Positions 1 through 11,200 of a stretch of 64,000 nucleotides of DNA are shown here, one piece after another (position 1 is the first letter of the stretch; each line of letters opens with the position of its first letter). Origin of the DNA: Raillietiella orientalis (lineage: Eukaryota); the NCBI GenBank assembly GCA_036172245.1, contig JAYWIR010000008.1, positions 4,216,001 through 4,280,000 of the forward strand, read 5' to 3'. The notes under the pieces are model-generated. The model saw nothing but the letters and a program-made list of their open reading frames with translations, did no database searches and was not told where the DNA came from. Made by a program: the position numbers and the translations under genes.

Positions 1-88
1 AGGCGGGAATCACCATCCCCCACTTTTTGTCGTGCAAAAGAAAAAAAAAAAAAAATTCATTGCTCCTCCCCTTCCCTCTTCTTTCAAG

Positions 89-246
89 GACCACATCCAG
101 GAGATCCTGCAGAAATGGCCACAGATCGATGACGAAATCTGGGGCAAGGTCATCTCCATGGAGAGGAACCGGAGGGTGGCCAAGGCGTACGCGAGGGCGC
201 AAGTGATCACGGTCGACGGGTCCTCGGACGGCTTCGACGGGTTCCG
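89..246 (+). CDS. Paralogue A coding exon (DHIQEILQKW...GFDGFR), 158 nt
   Basis: Acceptor ctttcaag at 81-88 after a pyrimidine tract; donor CG|gtgagc at 247. Same length as paralogue B exon 30827-30984. Confidence 0.93.
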
Positions 247-3200
247 GTGAGCTGGGGCTACGGGGGTCCCTCGGGTTCCCCGTCAGCGAGCGAGGGCAAA
301 GGAAGAAGCAGATGAGAATGGGGGTGGGGGGTGGAGGAGGGAAGAAGGAAATGGGAGGGGGGGGGGAGAACGAGCAAGCAGGGTGGAGCCACATCGTGAC
401 CAGCACAGTACCGCCCCTTCTGCAGCACCAGACGCGGACCCCGGAAGACCCTGCCGCAGAGCTCTCTGCGCGCTTGCGCCCCTGGCGGCGCAAGTGCTGT
501 CCTCTCCCTCGCACCATCTGCTGCATTGCGCTCACACGCCCCAGATTATTGGATGGGAAAGGGGGCACTCTCGACCATTGCCTGCGGCAACGCGCTCCTG
601 GCTGACCCGTCCCCCTCCGCCTCAGTCTCGCCTTGCTGTTCCAGGATCGGCCTGAGAGGATTCGAGAACCCCATGAGGGACCCACAGACGGAAAAGCAGG
701 TCCAGAAGCTCAACGAGGTGAGTGCCTCCGGCTCCCACCCACCGCACTCGTCCCTACCCCACCTTCCTTGTTCCCGCGCCGACCTCAAAGTTCGCCTCCT
801 CCCCATCCGTCTTGGGTCGCACGCCAGCGCCCCCTTCCCTCCATCTTCGCCATTTTTCGTGGGAGGAGAAGCGGAAACGTATGTGTATATGTGTGTGGGG
901 GAAGGGAGTGGGCGAGGCAGCGCTTTTGACTCGTGGTGCTTCTCTTCCTCCATCCCATTCTATCCCTTTCCCCTGTTCGGCTGCTGCAGCATCCCGGGAC
1001 GCCCGTCCACTCCCATGAGAGTCCGGGAGAGGAGAGAGAGAACGACTCCTTCCCCCCTCGCCATTTTCCTCTCCCCCAAGGGTTTTAAGATGAAGATCGA
1101 CGATGACGGCAACATCCTCATCAAAAACCTGTCCAAGTGCTGCATCACGGCCCTCTGCTCGCCCCTGGATATGGACCCGAAGACCGGGACGCCCAAGCAA
1201 CCGGAGAAGGTGCTGGAGGTCAACAAGCCGACGAAGGTGAGTCCCTTCCTCTTGTTGGGGACCGGCAGAGAGGCGCGGGAAAAAGCCAGTCCGGCCCATC
1301 CTGGCACGTCGCGCGCTTTTCTCGGGAGCGGAAAGGGGGAAGCGAGGCGCCGCAGCCCTGTGACATCACTCGCTTGAGCGCTCTCCTCCGCGGTTCCTGT
1401 TTTCTCTCTCCCCCCTCCCTCCCGTCTGGTTCCCGCGCTTGGCAGGCGCTTCCGAACGCCGGTGCTTCGCTCCATCCTTCTGGCAGGGGAGACAAAGAGG
1501 AAAACGCAGCGCATCCCGCAGATTTGCTCGGAACGAAACCACGGAAACCTGTTCGCCCTCTGACGCCTGTCCTTGGTGCTCGCACGAGTGCAGAGAAACG
1601 AGCCGGCCCGGCCATGCTCCCTACCAGAGGAAGGGAAGAGGGCAGGGGAGTGCCCCAGCGCGCGACTCTTTCGCAGTCTCCTGGTCTCGACTATGAGAAC
1701 GCGATTTCTCCGAACTAGCTGTTCGACATGAAGATGTACAGGCAGAACATATCGCAAGAGATGCAGAGGTCGTATCCGGATCGCAGGAAGCTGGAGCACC
1801 AGTGCATCTCCATCGTCGTCATAGGGAAGAGGGAGTGCAACCTGCTGACCACTCCCTGCTGGATCATGGTCGTCAACATCGTGGCCATGGAGATGCTGAA
1901 GAGCAAGCTGCTTCCGCCAGGTGGGTACCCGCGTGCCCCTCCAGCGAGCAGGAAGAGGAGGCGGGCGAAAGGCGCGAGCGACCCATCTGTCCTTCGGACC
2001 GTAGCGAGCCGACCCCTGCACCGCGCCAGCCTGTTCCCGAGACCCCCGGACGAGGACCCCTACAGCGTTGCGGGGTCCAACTTCTACCCTGACCACAGGA
2101 AGGACGACAAGCAGTCGGACAGTCCTCCTCAGCTGCCCCCGAGGGACATAGTCTCCTCCAGCAAGCAGTCTGGCAGGAAGAGCTCCCAAACCAAGGTATG
2201 GAGGGAGGGAAAGATGCTGGGGATGAGGAGCGGAGGGGAGAGTGACGCACAGAAGCGATGTGTCGATGGCTGGACAACGTGGCACGGCGTGCTGCGGAGG
2301 GACGAAGGGGACCGCGTCTGAGGGTGCCGACGACGCGGTGCCTTCGTAAGGCACCGCGTGGAGGGTGTGCCGCCGCCTGCGACGATGGAAGAGGTGGAGC
2401 CAAGGGCATTGGCGACGACAATGACAATGACAGTTTTGACGCACTGCTGGTGGGGAAAGCTGCAAAACTGCCGAGTAATGAAGGCGAGGCCGATGACGGT
2501 CGTCATGACAATGACCATGGAGGCAACATGTGCTGCACCCAGTGCCAAAGACAGGTGGTTCCTGAGGAGCGCATCGAGCGGCAGCGGCGCCGACGTATCC
2601 GAGGATAATCGCTGATGATGACGGGGCGAGCCGGCGGCAGCAATCGGATTACCATGGCTACGGCGTGCAGTGGGAGCAATGGAGACGGTGGGTGCCCACG
2701 GCTCCCCTTGCCGCGGCTCCTTGCGAAATCGGCGAAGGGAGAACGCGTGGACCCCGCTCGGGTCTGTCTTCGAGAACCCCCAGGTACTGAAGAGGAAGAA
2801 AGAGTGAGGGTGGGAGATGAGGAGGGGAATGGCGGCGCATCCCTTCTGGTTGGCATGGATGCCCAGACTGAGGTTGATCCGAAGGACTCCGTGGTGTTCC
2901 CCCGGGGAGGTCGACCGAGAAGAACAGAGCGACTATCCACCTTCCTCGTTCCTCTCCCTTTAATTTCCTTCGCGGAGGCGACGGCGATTAGGCGACAACG
3001 ATCAAAGCGCCCGTGGTCGCCGCCTCACAACAGTCCAGCTGGCAGAGCAAGACTGGCAGAGTCCGGGATGCTCGACGAGCCGCTACCGTGGCAGCAGGGA
3101 GGCTGGCGGAGTTCCGAGGCCGGGGAATGATCAAGAGGGAAGAAGGCGAAGCGTCTCGGCAGTCCTCGCCTCTCCTGGCTGCGGTGGAGAGACATTTCGG

Positions 3201-6200
3201 CTGCCAGTGACCTTGCCAACCGAACCGCACGCGCCTCCCCAGACGACGGATCAGAATGATTCGTGTCACCCCCCTCCCCTTCCGTAGTTCCTCCCGGCCT
3301 CGTCTTCCGTCTTGATAACGCCAGGAGAGTCTCAAGGCGCGGAGAAGGAAGGGGAGGAGGAGGAAGCAGAAATCCTGGAGCGGTGCTCAGAGGGAAGTGA
3401 GCCTAATGGTGGAGGCTGCACCTCCTGGTGACTCCCCCACGAATCTTCCTGCGGAAGAACAGAGAGGGCATGGGAAGAGCACCGGCAGCAGCCTTGCCGC
3501 CTTCTGGGTTGGCTGCGTTCCGGGATGAAGCTTCGGGAGGTGGTGACACCTCGGAAGGAGGGAGCTGGCGGCTGCAGCGTCTCGGACCGGGACGCCGACC
3601 TCAGAGATGCCCGCTGAGAATCTCGGCGCCGGGATGCGTCCTGGAGGAGGAGTGGATAGAAGGAAAACCACTTCCGGTCCGGGAGGAAGGAAGGGAGGCG
3701 GACGGCAAGGAAGTGGCCCGTTATGGAGGCGGGTGTCGGCGGCCTCGACCCGAACCGTGAAACACCGTGCGTCTTCCCTGCGGGGGGAACGTCCAGCCCC
3801 CGATTCGCACCGGTGCGTCCAGCCTACTTCGCCCGTCCATCCGGCGCGGAGACGTCACAGTCGCGCGATAGCGTGATTCCGCCTCAGCGGAGCCCCGGCA
3901 GGGTCGACGCGCGCGTGCGCAGCTGCACGGGGAATCTCGCCCTCCCCTCCCCACCCTCCCTTGTTCAGGGTTGTTGCCCGCACCTCTCCCTTTTTTTCGG
4001 GGATCAGGGAATGCTGGGGGCGAAGTTGGAGAAGGACTGACCCGGCAACGAGAAGGGGGAAGGCGGGTGGGTGAGATGGCCCTCGCGAACGACCCTCCCT
4101 CACGCAACGACCCTTATCTTCTATTTCAGCTGACGGTCCACAGCCTAAAGTCGCGACTCTCCAGCCACTTCTCCAAGAAGAAGGAGAAGGAGTACGGTAA
4201 GTGGGCTGCCTCGCGCGACGGTGCCTCCCGCGCCCTACCTTCTCTCCTCCCCCCAGGGTGGAGGGTGTTGGCGATGACTCCGCTCCGAAGGGCGGGGTCG
4301 CCATGGGTGGAGCGCTGGGCGCGCAGGAAAGACGCGGGAAGGGAAGCAGAGAGGAACTTGGAACTGGGCGTTTCTCCCCCTTCTCTTCCCCTTCTCTGCC
4401 GCCTATCTACCATGGGAGCACGGGAGGAGGGAAGGGGATAAAGCAGAATGGCTCTGTTCTCGCGCGGATGGCTCTTGCGGCACCTCACCGCACGCGCGAG
4501 CGCCGAAGGCCGAAGCGGCGGGCATCGAGCGCTCCAGACGTCACGGCCTGTGCCTTTCCCGCGGCCGTGGAGTAAAAATAGGGGGAGGAGTTTTTGGTCT
4601 CCCCCCCCGCGCCAAGTCGGGGTGAGGGAGGAGTGGATGGTGTGAAGCGCAAAACTGCCGCCCCATCTCAGGAGAGGAGCGCCCGCCGGAGCAGAACGGG
4701 CTGCATTCGTCCATCCAAAGGTGACCAGAGGAGGGCCCCCGCTTGTGGATGCTATCCCAAGCACGTCACTCCGTACGCATAAGACCCCTTTCCTCCCTCC
4801 CCCATACCCGGACGGTACGCTGTGTGCTATACATGTGCATGCCTCATGTACACGAGTACCACATTGTAATCACATGCTACACGGGTACCGTACGGTGCAC
4901 GCTTGGGAGCTGCCCTACTTGTATACATGGCTGATGGGCTGTGAATAAAGAACTGGTGTGGATCTTGCTCACGGATGCCATGGTGACCACGAAGCGGGCG
5001 TTGTGATCAAAAACCCGCGTACGTGTGTGTCGACACTGCGCATGCCGCGTGAGCAAGGATGCGCATCCGCGTACGATGGCTACGTGCGTCGCGTACGCGG
5101 TTGCAGAACCATCCACGCGTGGATGCCGCGCCGGCCACTCGAGGGCGCCCCTGGAAAGATTCACAGGCTCTTCTGCTCCCCTTTTGGGGTTACCGCGCCC
5201 TGCATTACTCGCGGACCCAGTGTGTGCCATCCAGCTCCGGGGCGTGCGACTCTCATTCCGGCTGCGTTCGCCCGTGCCCTGGCAACTCTGGATTCTTTTC
5301 TCGCTTCCTGCTGAGGGAGAGGCAGCATGCCCCGCGCAGAAGCGGACGAAAGCCGGAGGCGTGCATCGCTCGCGGCCGGAGAACGGTGGGCGCATGAGTG
5401 AGTATTCCCGCTCGTGACCCAAGAACCAGGGGGTCGAAAATTTCAGGGCTCCCGCTCGGCCGAGGAGTGTCTCTGCCGCTGTAGGACCGCCGCGGCGTGC
5501 GTTTGCTTGCCAGCTCATGACGTGTCTGGAGCGCTTTCGATGTCGGCGGGCGCAGCATCCACGTAATCCGGACGCTGCCTCCCGAGACCCCCCCGCGACT
5601 CCGGGCTCTCCTATTCTTAGGCAAAGACTCCCACAAGTAGGGCCTCCACCGAAGATTTCATTTGTTTTATTTTATTTGGGGGGGGGGGGGTGACGAATCT
5701 GCGTAGAAGTGTTCTCCAGGCACTTGGAAATGGAGATAGTCCCAGACTTAGGCCGCGGACCAGATCCTCCATTCGGCGTGCGGGAGGAGAGGGAGCGCGG
5801 AAGAAAGGCGCAGTTCGGATTTGAAATGCGGGGAATCCCCCCGCGCCCTCTCGGCTGAGCACCCGAGGCACGTGACCTCGAACTTCCCTTCTGCCCGCTG
5901 AGAGATCGAGTGAGAAGGAGTGTGAGCCCCCTCGCAGCGTCGCGCTTGTCCGGTCGCGGATCTGGGACGGCGGTGCGCGGCGGAGCTGGCGGTGCCAACG
6001 GACCCCGGAGGTGTCACCATCATCCCCAGCTCTCCCTTTTCTTTCCCTGATCGTAACTTCCACGAAACTTCCCAGGAGCAGTACGATGGTAGGGAACACT
6101 CACTTGTCCCGGGGAGTCTTCTGGAAGGGAACGGGAACGTACGTGTAGATGGCTCCCCTTGGGGGAGGAGCCATCTACGGAGGGGTGGTGTCCCAGGGGA

Positions 6201-8229
6201 CGTGCCGACGGTTCTTTTCAGATGAACGCGGACTTTCCCTAGACTCCCAGGGAGGAAAAGGCAGTCCCTTTCTGCCCGCGAGCGGGCTCATCCTCCGCTT
6301 CCTCTTGACTAACCATCCTCCCTGGAGGAGGGGCGTCATCGGAAGAGAGGTGACCTCCCCGGCCGGCGGCTTCATGTGCCACGCGATTCGCAGTCCACGG
6401 GAACGGGGGCCAGGGTCTCCTCTCACCGACCCTTCCGACCGCGACGGGGTCAGGGACGGCAGCAAAAAGGTTACCTTGATCTTCCTGCTCATTCTGGCTC
6501 CCTTTCCTCCTCCTCTCGCAGGGGGATGTTGCGCAGCAAGCGAGACTGGTGGGAAGGAAGAAGATGGGAGAAGTAACGTTCTCTTCACTGCCGGAGGGAG
6601 CACTGCCCCCCACCTCGTGCTCCTCCTCTTCCTCTCACCCGTTTTTCCCTTTTCGATCCCTTCCCTCCAACCGGAAGTGCTTTCCCATCTTCGGCGTGAG
6701 CTCGCGGATGAGAAGTCCTGGCGGAGCTCTCCAAAGAGAGCCGGAGGAGTTCCGCTGGAATTCTCCTGGAACTTTCCCTCCCTCCTCGGCGAGAAGGTCA
6801 CTGTGGGGAGCACTCATCGCCTTTTCTCTTTCTCTTCCTCCGGACGTACGTCCGAGAACAGAAAGAAACGACAGAGATCCCAGGGAAATCCTAGGGGATC
6901 CTCCCTGCCTACTTTTCGGTCCCGCAGGGTCTCCTTCCCACCCCTCCTCCCCTTTGCTTCCTCAATTTACTCCGAGCATCGGAAAATTTAGAAGACATTC
7001 TCCTCGGGGACCATTGAAGATGCTTACAACGCTGCTAGAGGCTTCTGCGTGCTGTTGGATCCTCGACCCTGCAAGAAGAAAGGGCCACGGTGGTCCTCCT
7101 CCTTCCTCTCCCGGACCAGGAGAGCGGAGGGTGGCAAGAAATGCGTACGCGTCCCCGATGCCGTGATGGCAGCCGCTGCGAGGCGCAGCCGCCCTTGCTC
7201 AGTGGTAGAGGAGGGGGGAGGAGATGCGGCGAAATTTTCTGGCCAAGAAAGATTGCAAGCAAAGGCAGCCCGCCTCCTGGCTGCCCAAAGGGCATCCCTC
7301 CCTCCCCTTGAGCCATCGACCAGGGTGGGCCGGACACACGGCCGGCCGATCCGCAGGGCAGTTCCGGCTGTCGCCGCGCGAGGGTTCCCAGACGCGGACC
7401 CGTTGCGCTGCAACCCACCCGATGCAGGACGCGCCCACGTCGCCCCGCTAATCATTCCTCGCATGCGGCACCCCAGAAGAGAGCCCCCAACAGAAGAGGG
7501 CGGCCGGCGATCTCTTGAGGCTCTCTCTCTCGGGCCGGTGATCCCCGCCGAGCTCCTGGAGAGAGAAGAGAGGCCTCGGCCGCGCTCGCCCAGGGAGTGC
7601 GGGTGGCGCCGTGATGCCGGAAACGGGCACTTCCCCTCGTCCTCCGTTGCCCCTGTCCTCCGACGCGACTCTTCTCGGTGTCTCCTCACCCGCATAGTCC
7701 AGCTTCGGAAGGGGCAGGGTCCCCATCCCTTAGCAGCAGAGGAGGACAGAATCGCCCCCATCTACGTGTCGCCGCCGGACACAAGTCCCGGAGGTGTCAC
7801 GTCCCTAGCTGTGTACGGAGGGGCGCTCGCGCGCTTGCGCAGGACCGCCCGCGCGCTCGCAATGGCACCGCGCGGTAGGCCGCCGCATGTGCACGCGGGA
7901 GAGCGCGTCCTGTTTGCAGAGGACCCGTACTACTGCGGCATGGAGGCCCACGTCCCCCGGTTCGCCAGCAGGAGACCCCCCGCGGGCTCCTCCGACTACC
8001 TGCCTTCCGACCAGTATTCCTTCTACTCGGGACCTTGGGGTTCCCGCTACGCCGACTCGGGAATCGGTAGGTCCTTCCAGGAGCCGCGGTCGATGCTCTT
8101 CCTCCTGTTCCCGCAGATTCCGAGGCGGTGAATTCTTCCTACTCCCACATCTACGGAAGACTTCCCCTTCCCAACAGGTGCGCTTTCAACTCCTCCCCAT
8201 CGCTGTACCAGACGAAGAAGTGGAAGTGA
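89..8229 (+). CDS. exp: Expansion/Rebuf-family atypical MH2-domain protein, paralogue A (spliced; 5'-partial, first coding exon upstream of the window)
   Basis: Eight exons with GT-AG boundaries join in frame: 89-246, 645-717, 1081-1236, 1719-1920, 2005-2195, 4130-4196, 7920-8066, 8117-8229 (1107 nt, 368 aa + TGA). Translation: DHIQEILQKWPQIDDEIWGKVISMERNRRVAKAYARAQVITVDGSSDGFDGFRIGLRGFENPMRD...GFKMKIDDDGNILIK...LFDMKMYRQNISQEMQRSYPDRRKLEHQCIS...PCWIMVVNIVAMEMLKSKL...DEDPYSVAG...PPQLPPRD...KEYEDPYYCGMEAHVPRF...YSHIYGRLPLP...KWK*. These match exp/reb family motifs as I remember them. The symbol is family-level; exp versus reb orthology is not resolved. Confidence 0.9.
645..717 (+). CDS. Paralogue A coding exon (IGLRGFENPMRD...KLNE), 73 nt
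   Basis: Acceptor tgttccag at 637-644; donor GAG|gtgagt at 718. Same length as paralogue B exon 29409-29481. Confidence 0.93.
1081..1236 (+). CDS. Paralogue A coding exon (GFKMKIDDDGNILIK...KPTK), 156 nt
   Basis: Acceptor ctcccccaag ending at 1080; donor AAG|gtgagt at 1237. Same length as paralogue B exon 29084-29239. Confidence 0.92.
1719..1920 (+). CDS. Paralogue A coding exon (LFDMKMYRQN...MLKSKLLPP), 202 nt
   Basis: Acceptor gaactag at 1712-1718; donor CAG|gtgggt at 1921 (phase 1, same position as the paralogue B intron). The frame also reads through the following 84 nt. Confidence 0.88.
2005..2195 (+). CDS. Paralogue A coding exon (ASRPLHR...DEDPYSVAG...PPQLPPRD...QTK), 191 nt
   Basis: Acceptor ccgtag ending at 2004; donor AAG|gtatgg at 2196. 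Carries the DEDPYS and PPxLPPRD motifs. Confidence 0.8.
2410..2690. repeat. Decayed (GAC/GAT/AAT)n low-complexity tract in an intron of paralogue A
   Basis: gacgacaatgacaatgac, gatgacggtcgtcatgacaatgacc, gctgatgatgacg. Confidence 0.55.
4130..4196 (+). CDS. Paralogue A small coding exon (LTVHSLKSRLSSHFSKKKEKEY), 67 nt
   Basis: Acceptor tcttctatttcag ending at 4129; consensus donor G|gtaagt at 4197. Its phase 0-to-1 structure is what is needed to join to EDPYYCG, and it mirrors paralogue B exon 27447-27621. Confidence 0.78.
7920..8066 (+). CDS. Paralogue A coding exon (EDPYYCGMEAHVPRF...YADSGI), 147 nt
   Basis: Acceptor cctgtttgcag ending at 7919; donor G|gtaggt at 8067. Carries the conserved DPYYCG motif. 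Confidence 0.85.
8117..8229 (+). CDS. Paralogue A last coding exon (DSEAVNSSYSHIYGRLPLP...KKWK*), 113 nt
   Basis: Acceptor cctgttcccgcag ending at 8116 after a 50-nt intron; stop TGA at 8227-8229. The YxHIYGRLP tail resembles exp C-termini as I recall them. Confidence 0.78.
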
Positions 8230-11200
8230 TGGAGGAGCCCAAGGCCAACGCAGCGCGGAGGTGCAAAGGGTGGCTGCTGCTGCTTCTGCCGCCGGCGGGA
8301 CTTCGGATGGTCGCCTGCTTGGAGAAGCTGTGGGTGAGGTCAGCCGGGCACCAGGCCCCTCGGCTCGCAAGCGCCAACGTCCCGTATTGCAAAAACAAAA
8401 AAAAAAACAAAAAAACAAAACCCAGCGAAGATTGGGACGAAGGCGCTGGAGGCAACCGGAGAGTACCACAGCATCCGAGAGCAGAAGCGAATTGTCACAC
8501 ACAGATAAAGCCGTTTTTTTCTTCTTCTTTTTTTCCCCCCATTTCCGCAAGGATTTGACCGAGTTCGTCTGCGGGCGAAGGCAGGGCCGGGTCGCCCGGA
8601 GACGCACGCGGCTGCCTGGCGACTCCAGGGGAACGGGTCAGTTGCTTTGTTCCTTCCAGTCTTGTCCACTGCTTCACGAGAGCGCCCCGGTCGGTACCCG
8701 AAGGGGCGCACCGTACTTGCAAGAGAAAAGGACGTCGGTGGCGGTCTTCTTTCTCCTCCCGGCTCGAGGGGTGGTAAGAGCCATCAGGAACCCTCCTCCT
8801 TCCCCTCCTCCACCCCCCCCCCCTTCCCGATTTCCGTGGTAGCGGCAGCTGCGAGAAATGCAGGAGTGGGTAAGGGGGAGGGGGGGGGGGGGAAGCAGAC
8901 AGAGGCAGTGAAATGCTCCAGCCGAAGAGTGAGAGCGAGGACAGCCCAGCTGCTTCCTCCTGACCGCTTGAATACCCTAAAGGCGCCACCCGCCAACAAA
9001 AAAACAACAAAAAAATCGCCAAAACTTCAGCCGACTCGGCTGAAGTCCTGAAGATTTTTTGTTCGCCATCCCTGCTTCTCTTCCTTCAGCTTTCGAAGAC
9101 GGGAAGAGATCACTCTCCGCGCCCACCCTTCTTGCCCCAGTCGTTCCCCAAGTGATGCCCCACTTCCCGTTGCGGGGGAAAGGCATACGTTCCGTCGCGT
9201 TCGTCTTCAGGACAAGCCGAAGTTTCTTCTTGAACTCTCGAGAGGATGCTGAGAGGTCACCCCGAGCCGAGCGTGGAAAGCGGTTTTCTTGAAGGATGCC
9301 CATCGCCTCCCTGCTGCGGTCCAGATCGAGCGAGGGGCTGCGGAAGCCCCCTCACCTGTGGAACGTTGCTGCGCGACCCTTTTCCCCTCAACTGGACCCA
9401 TCCTTGGGAGATTTCGTCTGCTCTCTCCCGAGAGGTCTCCTCTCAACTGCCTTTCCCGTGCCTCCGTCTTTTCCTTCTTGGGGTGAGCTTCCGAAACACT
9501 GGGAGGTTGCCTGGAAACCGCTTTGGGGAATCCGGAACTCCGTAGCTCCTGGTCCGGAGGGTGGTCATTTCGCTCTTGATAGCGGCTCCTGAGGGAAAGT
9601 TCGAAGGCATGGAGGATGCGTGGACGAGCATCGGGAGAAAAGAGGAGAAAGAGGTTCCCAAAGACAAGACCTGGCTGACGGGAAAAGGGGTGGGTCTTCC
9701 TACCCGCAGTTCTTTCGAGGGGTCTTCAACCTTCCCCAAAGCCTCTGGCAGTGGTGAACTCCGCTGGGGAGTTTTCCCAAAGGGCAGGAGGAGGGGAGCG
9801 ACACCGTGGACCACTTTCACTCCTGTCGCTCGTCCCTTGAGCGCTCATCTTCGGTTCCCCTTATGAGCTTCCACATCGATTCCCTTGTCGCTCTCCACTT
9901 GGACCATCCGGGGTCACGAGTTCTGTCCAGGGACTGAGCACCGCCACGGGTGGCTTCGCATCCTCATTTGCCCTGAGGAGAGGGAGGAGGTGGGATGCCT
10001 GCGGCGAGCGTCCCTGATCCGACTCCCGACAAGCGCTCGTAGCCATCTTTCCCAGTTTGACCCTTCGATAACCCTCCCCCCGTCTCCTCGCTGCCGTCCT
10101 CTTTTCATCGGAGTGTCACCCGAGGAACTCCGGGGATGTTCCCGGAGCCACTCCCGCGGGGAAAGCGAGGAAATGGAACCCTTTAGACTTGTCGCGCCGG
10201 AGGCCACCTTGCTCTTCTGTGAGGGGGAGGTGGTTCTGCAGACTGAGCGCAGCCTTAACCACCCCGCGGAGCTACCTCCTTCCCTCCGCCCCGAGGGCCT
10301 GCTTCATTCCTGCGGAAGAAAACGTAGGAGATTCTTCCGCGCTCTTGAGCCTGCGCGCCGCTCAGTAATTTCTTTCCCGCCTGCGAGCCCATAGCTGGCA
10401 GTGGGCGGCGAATCGGAAGGGAGTTGCGGCGCCGCCGCGTCCGCCAAGGCGTCCGGTCGAGTGCCGCCCTGACTCAACCGGCGTGGGCGACTCACCCACG
10501 CCGCCCCGTCTTCGCCGGTGGCCGGCCGCTCGCCCGTTCCGGAAGGGGAGGAGGTCGCGATGGAACGAACGTTCCGGGGTTCGTCCTGCCTTTCCCTTCG
10601 ACCCCCCCTCCGCCAGTCCTTTCCCTTCCTCTTCCGGTTCTTCCGGGAGCGTGTCCCTGGTCCCCTTCTCCTTCTCTCTCTGGAGGGAGGCTCCCGTGAA
10701 CGGGAAGCGAGGAAGTTCTCCCGTCTCTCGGGGTCCTGCGTCCTCTTTTTCCTCCTCCGCCGCTGCTCGGACTAGTCCCGGCGCTGCTCACGTTTCCTGA
10801 GCGATGTTTCCCGAGCTCTGGAGGCGATCCTGGACCAAGACTGGCCCTTCCTGCGATCCGGAGCGAGGGAGGTGAGAGCGCGAAATCTGCTCGCGGGCGT
10901 AGGCGCGCTGCGACCGCAGAGGCTGCTCTCCTGTGCTGATCGGGACGGAAATCCTTCCGACGTCCTCCGCAACCCTTTCGGGAGTGAAGCAGGGTGCTCC
11001 CGAGAACCGAAAGCAGAGCTCCCAAGACCTCCCTGCGTCCTCGAGAGGGATGCTGGGGATAGACGGCATGTTTCCTCGGGACCACGTGGGACTTGGCGGC
11101 GGGAGCAGGCCGACAGGGTGGCAGGAGGGACCGAAGCGAGAGAGGGCGTGGGGTGACGGGAACAGAAAGGAAAAGGCCTGGAGTAGGAGAGAGAGGGGGG

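Noticed and set aside
319..366. G-quadruplex-capable G runs (also 8870-8892, 16368-16382 and others)
   Set aside because: G/C homopolymers and polypurine tracts are ubiquitous in this window, so no single site stands out.
960..2465. 501-aa minus-strand ORF and other long ORFs (7049-8131, 24798-25931, 35455-36417, 57023-58021)
   Set aside because: These are low-complexity R/P/S/G-rich translations expected in GC-rich DNA. Some are antisense shadows or intron read-throughs of real exons, and none shows a recognisable domain beyond the exons already called.
8618..8641. Short similarity to the minus strand near 26905-26928 (GGCG..TCCAGGG.AACGGGT) in the 3' regions of both paralogues
   Set aside because: Under 20 matching bases with gaps; not distinguishable from chance.
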